DNA of 64,000 bases from Macrostomum hystrix (taxonomy: Eukaryota > Animalia > Platyhelminthes), in the NCBI GenBank assembly GCA_950097015.1, contig CATNEN010000007.1:3720001-3784000 (forward strand), written 5' to 3'. The number at the start of each line of letters is the position of its first letter. The stretch's first letter is position 1. Under the pieces are notes generated by a model that saw only the letters and a program-made list of their open reading frames with translations, had not been told where the DNA came from and did no database searches. Both the position numbers and the translations under genes were made by a program. Positions 14,518 through 24,182 of the stretch are shown one piece after another.

Positions 14518-15147
14518 TTATAATAGAATAGAACATAATATAATATAATCGAATGCGAAAGAATAGAAGGCAGAGAAGGACAGACACAATAAGAATCGAG
14601 TAGGAAGGTAAAAGCTTCAAGGCGAACTGAGATTTCGGTTATTTAATTCTTCGAATCACTAGAATGGAAAAATCTAACTTCCGAGCCTTAACAGCAGGTA
14701 AAGTACATTTACGAGCATAGATTAAGCACCTGTCATTAGCTTCCTGACTAGACTAACAAGTAAATCAAGCTCTGGGTTGAAGGCGCTTGATTATAAGTTC
14801 TCAGATTTCCTAACTCTCAGTATGAAGACCGCAGATCTAATTTCACACCTGTCAAGAGCATTTCGTCTTGCGCGCAGGCCAGTTACAGCACGGTAAGCTA
14901 AATGTGGCACATTGGCCGAGATTATTTTGCCTTAAGTTTCTCCTTCACTCTGTATTGAAAATCCTGAATTGTGCACATGCTCATCGCCGCCATTTTGAAA
15001 TTCGAGTGCAATGTCGCACCCTCAATCATCGCGGGGGATAATTTATGTAGGAGCCGACGCTTTAGTAGGCGGACCGAGATAGCGAGCAGTTACCGTGTAT
15101 TTTCTGTCTCAGCAAGTTTTCAAAATTCTGATAACAAAAATCATCGC

Positions 15148-15468
15148 TCAGACACCACCGCACTGGCTGACTGTGGCATTCTGCTGCTGAAGCTCCAGAA
15201 TGTCCCGCTGCAGTCGCTGGAGCAACAAAGCAGCATTGGCGGCAGCCCTGGCCACAGACGGGTTGCTTGATGCCTGGTGCATTTGCTCCAGGCTGAGCAG
15301 AAACTGGTTGTTGTGCTCCCAGATGATCTTGCAAATATTAAAGGCCCCGGGGTTCGACACAGCGTCCAGATCCGTGCACTCAGTCGGGCAGCTCAGCAGC
15401 AGCAGCGCTGTTAGCACCTGCAGCATCGTGGAAATGCGCAGCGTCGACGACTTCATGCTGGAGGCCAT
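15148..15468 (-). CDS. Small putative secreted protein (106 aa), or the first coding exon of a longer one
   Basis: ATG 15468 lies just after an acceptor-like tttctctag. Signal-peptide-like MLQVLTALLLLSCPTEC is followed by a helical Leu/Gln-rich segment; TGA 15150-15148. No homolog recognised. Confidence 0.55.
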   Translation of the reverse strand: MASSMKSSTLRISTMLQVLTALLLLSCPTECTDLDAVSNPGAFNICKIIWEHNNQFLLSLEQMHQASSNPSVARAAANAALLLQRLQRDILELQQQNATVSQCGGV

Positions 15469-15540
15469 CGGGTTTTTGTGAGCTAGAGAAACTCTGGCCT
15501 CTGAAACATACATATGGGATACCATTTGTGAGGCACGGAC

Positions 15541-16100
15541 CCCACAATCTGCCACTGGGACACCACAATCTGCCACTGGGACACCACAATCTGCCACTGG
15601 GACACCACAATATGAGAATGGGACACCACAATCTGCCACTGGGACACCACAATCTGCCACTGGAACACCACAATCTGCCACTGGGACACCACAATCTGCC
15701 ACTGGGACACCACAATCTGCCACTGGGACACCACAATCTGCCACTGGGAGTCCACAATCTGCCACTGGGACACCACAATCTGCCACTGGGAGTCCACAAT
15801 CTGCCACTGGGACACCACAATATGAGACTGGGACACCACAACCCATGAGATTGGGACACCCCAATATGAGATTGGGACACCCCAATATGAGACTGCAGGG
15901 ACACCACAATATGAGACTGGGACACCACAATATGAGACTGGGACACCACAATATGAGACTGGGACACCACAATATGAGACTGGGACACCAAAATATGAGA
16001 CTGGGACACCACAATATGAGACTGGGACACCACAATATGAGACTGGGACACCACAATATGAGACTGGGACACCACAATATGAGACTGGGACACCACAATC
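15541..16100. repeat. 21-bp minisatellite (ctgggacaccacaat + ctgcca or atgaga)n with two variant blocks
   Basis: Direct reading; ctgcca variant dominates to ~15810 and atgaga variant after it. Confidence 0.96.
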
Positions 16101-17033
16101 TGTCCCGAGAGCTCACAGAATCTTACCAAACTTCAAGCAGTTGATAAATGTTTCTTTTTTTTGAAGTCTCTGCTGTTGCATGCAGGGGACAAAATCTTTC
16201 TTCCAGCCTATTTATCAGGTGGTTCGTGTTTGTCGAGGAATTTTCATTGAAATCCTCATAGTTGAAGCTGGATTTCCTGAAAGCCGAATTGGCAACAGAA
16301 AGCGCTCGTTTGAGATGAAGGCTTTGCGGCACCGCGGTGGAAGGCTAAAAGTTGATTCCACAAAGCCACTGTATTTGCACTCCTGTCCGCAATGGTTTTG
16401 TCAGGTTTCATGCGATTTTCGCTTTGAGTCGCCCTGTTTGAGCAGTGGATTAAGGTGAATTGTGAGCTTGCCGACCCACCTAGGAAACTCAGCGGAGACT
16501 AAGGTCTGCCACACTTATCCCGCAACTAGAAGTTAACTAAGAGCTCGTTCCAGAAAATTTTTTCCGGAAACAAAAGATAATATCCCATGATTTTCACCTA
16601 AAGTTTTGAATCTAAGGGAAAAAAGTTTTATAGTAAAACTCTGAATGCATCACTTATTTCTATAAGTTCACTGTATAGGGGGGAGATATCTTAGTGCAAG
16701 ATATTTCCTAATACGCGTTCGAACCCTAACCCTTCGGGACGAATTAAGTTGCTAAAGAAAGGGACGCAGAATTCTCCAGAATTACCAAATCAAGAAAGCT
16801 TGCTTGAACGTAACGATTTAGGCCGTTAACTTAAACTGAATATATTTACAAATTAGTGTTTTGAATCAATGTCTGGCGAAAAGCAAAGCGGAAAATTGAA
16901 AGAAAACTTGAAATTTTAGAGCATGCAAAATCCATGTCACAGAAACTACAATTTTAATTAAGAGTTCCTCTGAAAAAAACATAACAAAACAGAACCAAAA
17001 AACAGACCGCAAAAGCCAACTTCTAAAGTCAGT

Positions 17034-18392
17034 TCAGGATACGACAGCACAGCTCATGGCGCTGGTCTCACCGTCCGCGGGCAGCAGACTCATTTTCGCC
17101 TCGATGTTGTCCACGGTGTCCGACGAGGCACCAGACAGCGTCTTGAGCAGGTTGCGGTAAGACTGTGGCACATCCGCGGAAGCTTTGCAGCCACCACGAC
17201 CCGAACTGCGAGCATATCGACGGTTGACGCTGCCGCCACCGCCGTTTCCGACAGCTTTCGACGGCTGGCCCGCAGTCGCGTCAGCGGGCTGGTTCCGACG
17301 CCTTCGTCCACGGCCGCTAGAAGCACCGCCGCGACCGCCAGCCGGCGGAGAAGCTTCCGCCTCCAGAGGCTCTTCGGGAGACCGTGGCGGCTGCTGCAGA
17401 GACAACGGCGCCTCGTGCACGTGGAAGCAGAGTTCGCCGCGCGGGCATTGACCGCGGAACTTGAAGTCGTGGCAGGCGGCAGTCTTATACAGAGGGTGCC
17501 GGCGGGGGTCGTGTAGCTCCACGGTGGAGTGGGCGAACTGGCAGGTGCGGCCACGGGGGCAGGCTCCGCGATCCTGCATGTCCCGGCACAGCTCAGTCTT
17601 GTACAGGATGTTGTGCATGTAGCCGTTCTTCCGTCTCTGCGGCTGCGTTGGCTGCGGCTGCTGCTTCTGTTGCTGCTGCTGCTGCTGCCGAGCATTCCAA
17701 GAACCAGTCTGCAGCTGGCGTGGCTCAGCACTTGGCACGAGGCTCGGCGGGGACCTTCGAGATGCTTTCTGCTCCTTTGACGGCGTCGATGGCGGCGTCG
17801 GCAGCGTTTGCAGTGGAGCCTGCGACAGTGGCTGGAAAGACGGCGGAGGCAGAAGCGGCTGCCGGTGGAACATGTAAGCCTGCTGCTGGTCCGGGGAGCA
17901 GCAAGGCTGCTGCTGCTGCTGATGGTAGTGCAGCTGGGTGCAACAGCAGGTTGGCGGTGGCGGCGAGGAATAGGCGTAGCAGAGGGGCGCCTGCGGAGGC
18001 GGAGAAAGCTTGGCAGAGTGCGCGTCTGGCGACTGCCGTTGGAGATGTCCGCCCGCGGCGGCCGCAGCGGCAGCGGCATGCGCGAAGTACGGATGATGCT
18101 GATGATAGACATCGGCAGGCGGCAGGTATGGATGCGGGTGCGGAAGCGGTGGCATTCCTGGAGCCGGAGCGGCAGCGAGGGCAGGCGGGTAGGCAGAGCT
18201 GTCCGGAGACTGGTAGTACAGGACGGGCGGCTGGGGCAGCGGGGAGTACTGCAGCACGGGCACAGCGGCGGCTGGACTGTAGGCCAGGGCGCGAGAGCAG
18301 CTCGGTGGGGAGCCTGAAGGAGCAAGCTCAACGAAGTCAGAGACTTGCGGCGACGGCTGCATGTGCTGAAGGTTGATGCTGTGATACTCCAT
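17034..18392 (-). CDS. Intronless tandem CCCH zinc-finger RNA-binding protein (TIS11/ZFP36-type architecture), 452 aa
   Basis: Two C-x8-C-x5-C-x3-H fingers (YKTELCRDMQDRGACPRGRTCQFAH and YKTAACHDFKFRGQCPRGELCFHVH) with an 18-residue linker. Pro/Gln/Ala-rich N-terminus; in-frame stop upstream of the ATG. Confidence 0.93.
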   Translation of the reverse strand: MEYHSINLQHMQPSPQVSDFVELAPSGSPPSCSRALAYSPAAAVPVLQYSPLPQPPVLYYQSPDSSAYPPALAAAPAPGMPPLPHPHPYLPPADVYHQHHPYFAHAAAAAAAAGGHLQRQSPDAHSAKLSPPPQAPLCYAYSSPPPPTCCCTQLHYHQQQQQPCCSPDQQQAYMFHRQPLLPPPSFQPLSQAPLQTLPTPPSTPSKEQKASRRSPPSLVPSAEPRQLQTGSWNARQQQQQQQKQQPQPTQPQRRKNGYMHNILYKTELCRDMQDRGACPRGRTCQFAHSTVELHDPRRHPLYKTAACHDFKFRGQCPRGELCFHVHEAPLSLQQPPRSPEEPLEAEASPPAGGRGGASSGRGRRRRNQPADATAGQPSKAVGNGGGGSVNRRYARSSGRGGCKASADVPQSYRNLLKTLSGASSDTVDNIEAKMSLLPADGETSAMSCAVVS

Positions 18393-18518
18393 GGAACTTG
18401 GATCGTCTGCGCTTTGTTCACTTCGAATTTACCTGCTCAAAATTGATACGAAGCTAAATAGTTAATTGCTATTCTAGTCCGTTGAGCGATAAGGTAGCGC
18501 GACGGCAAGGTCCGAACA

Positions 18519-18660
18519 TTTATAGACAGCCTTGGCCCACCTCCCCGCACGAGGTAGGTTTTCCAGTCGGGCTCGCTCAGCGTGATCTAATTGGCTCAAG
18601 GCGCGATCTAGTCCTATCTGACTTCTGATTGGCTGTAGAGCAAGACCCCCGCATGATTGG
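18519..18660 (-). promoter_or_regulatory. Candidate core promoter of the CCCH gene: TATAAA plus three CCAAT boxes
   Basis: On the minus strand, TATAAA at 18524-18519 and CCAAT at 18594-18590, 18632-18628 and 18660-18656; 130-270 bp upstream of the ATG. Confidence 0.55.
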
Positions 18661-19246
18661 GTGACACGCCGCTCGCACTAAGCTTTACCTTAGGGGTGAG
18701 TTTTTCACCTGGCCTGTGATCCGGTGTCGCAATCTGGCAGATTTCTCTCTCAACTGTTGCATTTAAAATTTGGCTGACGAACAATTGCGTCAGGATCAAA
18801 GGCCTCGTGCCGCGGGTCGGAGGGGTTTAAAGATCAAAAGGATGAGTGGACCGCCACCGCCCGCCAGAAGGGCATCAAGAATATCGGGTCCACGCAACCC
18901 TCGGCGGCTTTATCAGTTTTTTAGATAAGCTTTTTCTTCAGACAAACCAACTTTATTTGAAGTGAAATCAATGAACTTAAAACTGAAGGTTTTTTAAATA
19001 ACGGCTAACATTCGTAGATTTTTTGCTTGTTGAAGGGTAAAAATATACAACAAGCGGGATTTTTGCATTAATTTTGTCAGCAAAAAAATGGGACTGAAAT
19101 ATATATTTATATTTATATAGGGAGGTGTACTACTGTGAGATTCCTTTCGTTTGCCTTGCTACGATAAATTGCTTTTCTGGCACGGAAAATATCCGTTCTT
19201 CGGATTGCCACATTGACAAAAGTCGCAACCTAAATTTCTGCTTCCT

Positions 19247-20415
19247 GGAGTTCCCCTTTCCTGAAGTTTCCCCTTTCCTGAAGTTTCCGCTTTCCTGAAG
19301 TTTCCACTTTCCTGAAGTTTCTTCTCTTTCTGAAGTTTGTCCTTCCCTGAAGTTTCCCGTTTCCTGAAGTTTCCCATTTCCTGAAGTTTCCCCTTTCCTG
19401 AAGTTTTCGCTTTCCTGAAGTTTCCCCTTTCCTGAAGTTTCCCCTTTCCTGAGGTTTCCCCTTTCCTGAAGTTTCCCCTTTCCTGAAGTTTCCCCTTTCC
19501 TGAGGTTTCCCCTTTCCTGAAGTTTCCCCTTTCCTGAAGTTTCCCCTTTCCTGAAGTTTCCCCTTTCCTGAAGTTTCCCCTTTCCTGAAGTTTCTTCTCT
19601 TTCTGAAGTTTGCCCTTCCCTGAAGTTTCCCGTTTCCTGAAGTTTCCCATTTCCTGAAGTTTCCCCTTCCCTGAAGTTTCCCCTTTCCTGAAGTTTCCCC
19701 TTTCCTGAAGTTTCCCCTTTCCTGAAGTTTCCGCTTTCCTGAAGTTTCCACTTTCCTGAAGTTTCCCCTTTCCTGAAGTTTCCACTTTCCTGAAGTTTGC
19801 CCTTCCCTGAAGTTTCCCGTTTCCTGAAGTTTCCCCTTCCCTGAAGTTTCCCCTTTCCTGAAGTTTCCCCTTTCCTGAAGTTTTCGCTTTCCTGAAGTTT
19901 CCCCTTTCCTGAAGTTTCCCCTTTCCTGAAGTTTCCCATTTCCTGAAGTTTCCCCTTCCCTGAAGTTTCCCCTTTCCTGAAGTTTCCCCTTTCCTGAAGT
20001 TTCTTCTCTTTCTGAAGTTTGCCCTTCCCTGAAGTTTCCCGTTTCCTGAAGTTTCCCCTTCCCTGAAGTTTCCCCTTTCCTGAAGTTTCCCCTTTCCTGA
20101 AGTTTTCGCTTTCCTGAAGTTTCCCCTTTCCTGAAGTTTCCCCTTTCCTGAAGTTTCCCCTTACCTGAAGTTTCCACTTTCCTGAAGTTTCCCCTTTCCT
20201 GAAGTTTCCCCTTTCCTGAAGTTTTCGCTTTCCTGAAGTTTCTTCTCTTTCTGAAGTTTGCCCTTCACTGAAGTTTCCCGTTTACTGAAGTTTCCCCTTC
20301 CCTGAAGTTTCCTCTTTCCTGAAGTTTCCCCTTTCCTGAAGTTTCCTCTTTCCTGAAGTTTCCCCTTTCCTGAAGTTTTCTCTTTCCTGAAGTTTCTTCT
20401 CTTTCTGAAGTTTCC
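19247..20415. repeat. 17-bp minisatellite (ctgaagtttcccctttc)n with recurring variant blocks
   Basis: Direct reading. Confidence 0.97.
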
Positions 20416-21909
20416 CCACCTGAAGACCCCATTCTTAAATTTAAATCCCAGATTCCGTTCATTGATAACAGTACTTTAATTTAGTTTTTAGGACGCTTTA
20501 TGTGTGGCAATGAAATTTTTATTACAACAGTAATTTATTCCTGAGTTAAGACCGTGAACAGAAGCAGGTGTTAGCAAATGTGGTTTTATTTACCTCTATT
20601 TAATAATCGAAGGCGGTGAAATTTGCTCGGACTTTGAAATTCTATTCTACCTTCATGCACAATTGATTTTGCTGTGAGTTATTCTGAGTTAACGCTAGCA
20701 CAGGTAGATTGATATTGGTATTTAATCCAATCAGTTGCTAATTAGATACGGCAATTGCACTAATCAGTGTGCGTCACTCAATCGATTGTGCCCCAGGTAC
20801 TGATCTGAAATCGACGCCTCAGCAAATAAAAGTTGTCTGACTCCATACTATGCCTGGCCATCACTTTCCCTAGCAACAATCTGAACATGTCAGTCCAATT
20901 TAGTGAGTCTAGTCATCACGTCGAATTCAAAGCTTCGGTCATTGTCTATGGACTTGCCATCGAGTTCAGAAAGTGTCAACAAGCTGCCATTACCTGCTAA
21001 TAGGAGTCAGTCCCACCGGTCAATGTGTTTGCATTTACCTGTCAGTCGGCAGTCAGTTCTACTTTCGACACTTATTAGTAGCATCATACGAAAGTCCTAC
21101 TTATTTTTAGCCTACGCGTTGCATTTATTGACTATGTGTGGCATAATTGATTTTTTAAATATATTTTTTGGTTGTCTCTAGCAGCATCACAGATATAAAT
21201 TGTGACTTAAAACACTCGTGCTGAGATGAAATAGGTGAGAACTAATGAAACAGGTAGGAAATATCGAACAAAATGCAGGTGTTAGTTCAGTTGCCATCTG
21301 AGTGACTTTCCTGAATAAGTAACCCTCTTATACAGGTCGATTTAAAATGCTTTTTTTCGTGCAGTAGTTTCTAGCTGCCAGGCAAGTCATTTATTTCAAT
21401 TGGAGTCCCGATAACTCAGATAAGTATTTGTGCCTTTGTCTTAGCTGTCGCACTGCGCTACATGACGGAACTAAGCCACGCCGATATAATTAGCTCTGCT
21501 TGTGTTTTGACACTCTTGTTTTCCTTCTCAGGCTTAGAAGAAATAAAATAGTATTTACCGGATCTGTTGATCTCAAATCTTAGTGAGGCCTCAAAGCCGA
21601 TTATCAACTCTTCCCTTCCCTAGTCTAAGCCGGATCCCTTGGGAAAATCTCGCTGTCCATTTCCACCTCGTCCGCAGTTGTCTTTGTCCCATTTTATTTG
21701 ATCAAATCCCCCTTCCAAAAGGTTTTTAGGTGCCTCCGAAAGATTTTAATTTGGGAATTTTTAGCTAGACGGTTAGGCCCTTTGTGCCCCTGCTTTCTGG
21801 GCGGGAGCAGCTAAGGCAGCTTATGTTGCCCTTGAATATGGCAAGTGGAAACACCTGGTATCGACATTGTAGAGGCAAGGTAGCGGTGCCCCACCAATCA
21901 GATGACTAG

Positions 21910-22153
21910 CGCCCCAAAATCCACGGTGGCGCCCCTCAAATCCACAATGGCGCTCCTCAAATCCACAATGGCGCCCCTAAAATCCACAATGGCGCCCCTC
22001 AAATCCACAATGGCGCCCCTCAAATCCACAATAGCGCTCCTCAAATCCACAATGGCGCCCCTAAAATCCACAATGGCGCCCCTCAAATCCACAATGGCGC
22101 CCCTCAAATCCACAATGCCGCTCCTCAAATCCACAATTCTGCTCCTCAAATCC
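21910..22153. repeat. 21-bp tandem repeat (caaatccacaatggcgcccct)n
   Basis: Direct reading, ~11 copies. Confidence 0.95.
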
Positions 22154-23105
22154 ATGCCCCATTATTTTGTCAGGGAGCGCCACATTGAGACTCGGCCCCA
22201 ATAAAAAATCCCGCCTCACACCTGGTTTTTTCGGACTGAGATTTCGGACCAAAGTGTTTTTGCAGACAAAAACGCGCCTTTAACCTTGGAGAATAGGTCT
22301 AATGTTTGGTTATGAAGCGCACTTCCATTGAGGACTCATTCAGCCCTAAAGAACTATGACTATGGAGCTATAGCTTTAAAATCAGGTAGCATACAAGCGT
22401 AGAGACCAAGCCTGTTTTGCAGCTCACGCAGCAGCAGCAGCAGCAGCCATGCAGAAAAGGCGAAAAGCAGTCGATCAAATTCCTTGGGACATTTTCCTCC
22501 TACAACTGAGCTGGCATCGGAATGCGCTGATGAGCAGGAACACGAATCAGGAAGTCAGCTGAAATAACGTGGGTGTCTTTGCCGCTATGTTTCTATGGTT
22601 ATGATGTGGCTGAGCACTGAGCAGCCTTCCTCATTGACAAGTAACTCTTATGTAAAACATAATGAATCTAGCTAGACAAGCAAAAATGACAAAAGTTTAA
22701 AACAAGCAGAAAAGAGAAACAAAATGCTTGTTAAATTGAAGCCAAAATCGTGTTTCACCAGATCTCATGGCTCAGTATACTCAATATAACTAAAATTCTT
22801 GCTATATGAGTACAGATAAACGAAATGAGTTACTTTGGTTATTTACTGTTGACAAGTGGAATGAAATACAGCAAGTTACTTTAACAATACTCCGAGACTC
22901 ACTTTCCATAATAGGGTTTAGAAGGGCTCGAATTTTTACCTGTCAGGTGTAGTAATTATTATGCAAATCACTCATTGAAATAGACGGATGGTTAGATTGA
23001 GGGGCCGTTTAAGAGGCCGAACAAGCACTGCCAGTGGCTGAGCACCGTATCGCATTGAGCCGCCATCTTCTCCTTTGGGCGATCACGGGCACCGGCGAGA
23101 TCGAT

Positions 23106-23852
23106 AGTGTGGGTCTCCACAGCTCCTGTCCTTCGGTAGTGCGGGTCTCCACAGCTCCTGTCCTTCGGTAGTGCGGGTCTCCACAGCTCCTGTCCTTCGG
23201 TAGTGTGGGTCTCCACAGCTCCTGTCCTTCGGTAGTGCGGGTCTCCACAGCTCCTGTCCTTCGGTAGTGTGGGTCTCCACAGCTCCTGTCCTTCGGTAGT
23301 GCGGGTCTCCACAGCTCCTGTCCTTCGGTAGTGCGGGTCTCCACAGCTCCTGTCCTTCGGTAGTGCGGGTCTCCACAGCTCCTGTCCTTCGGTAGTGCGG
23401 GTCTCCACAGCTCCTGTCCTTCGGTAGTGTGGGTCTCCACAGCTCCTGTCCTTCGGTAGTGCGGGTCTCCACAGCTCCTGTCCTTCGGTAGTGCGGGTCT
23501 CCACAGCTCCTGTCCTTCGGTAGTGTGGGTCTCCACAGCTCCTGTCCTTCGGTAGTGCGGGTCTCCACAGCTCCTGTCCTTCGGTAGTGTGGGTCTCCAC
23601 AGCTCCTGTCCTTCGGTAGTGCGGGTCTCCACAGCTCCTGTCCTTCGGTAGTGCGGGTCTCCACAGCTCCTGTCCTTCGGTAGTGTGGGTCTCCACAGCT
23701 CCTGTCCTTCGGTAGTGTGGGTCTCCACAGCTCCTGTCCTTCGGTAGTGTGGGTCTCCACAGCTCCTGTCCTTCGGTAGTGCGGGTCTCCACAGCTCCTG
23801 TCCTTCGGTAGTGCGGGTCTCCACAGCTCCTGTCCTTCGGTAGTGCGGGTCT
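23106..23852. repeat. 32-bp minisatellite (gggtctccacagctcctgtccttcggtagtgc/t)n, ~23 copies
   Basis: Direct reading; a single variable position (c/t). Confidence 0.98.
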
Positions 23853-24182
23853 CTTGCGGACACGACCACGTCGATGTGCGGGTCCAGCAGCAGCTTGGAC
23901 AGTTCAGGCATCTTGGTGACGCCGCTTTCCGCAATTAAGTATCAGTGCGGATTGTTGAGTTGGGTTGCGCCAGGCTCTGCTGGGAGCCCGCCGTAAAGGC
24001 GCGGTGAGCCTTGTTGGCGGCATGTATAGTTATTTAAATTGACAGGTCGATCGCCAGATGTCAATAGGGTGGTAGTGAGAGGATGGGCATTGCTGTGTGG
24101 CCTCCATTTTGTGGACCGGGGCCATCCACTAAGCACCTCAAGAAAGCGCAGGCCATTGCTCCCGCCGACCCATCTCGCGTCG

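Noticed and set aside
16722-16733. Telomere-like accctaaccct
   Set aside because: Fewer than two full units; expected by chance.
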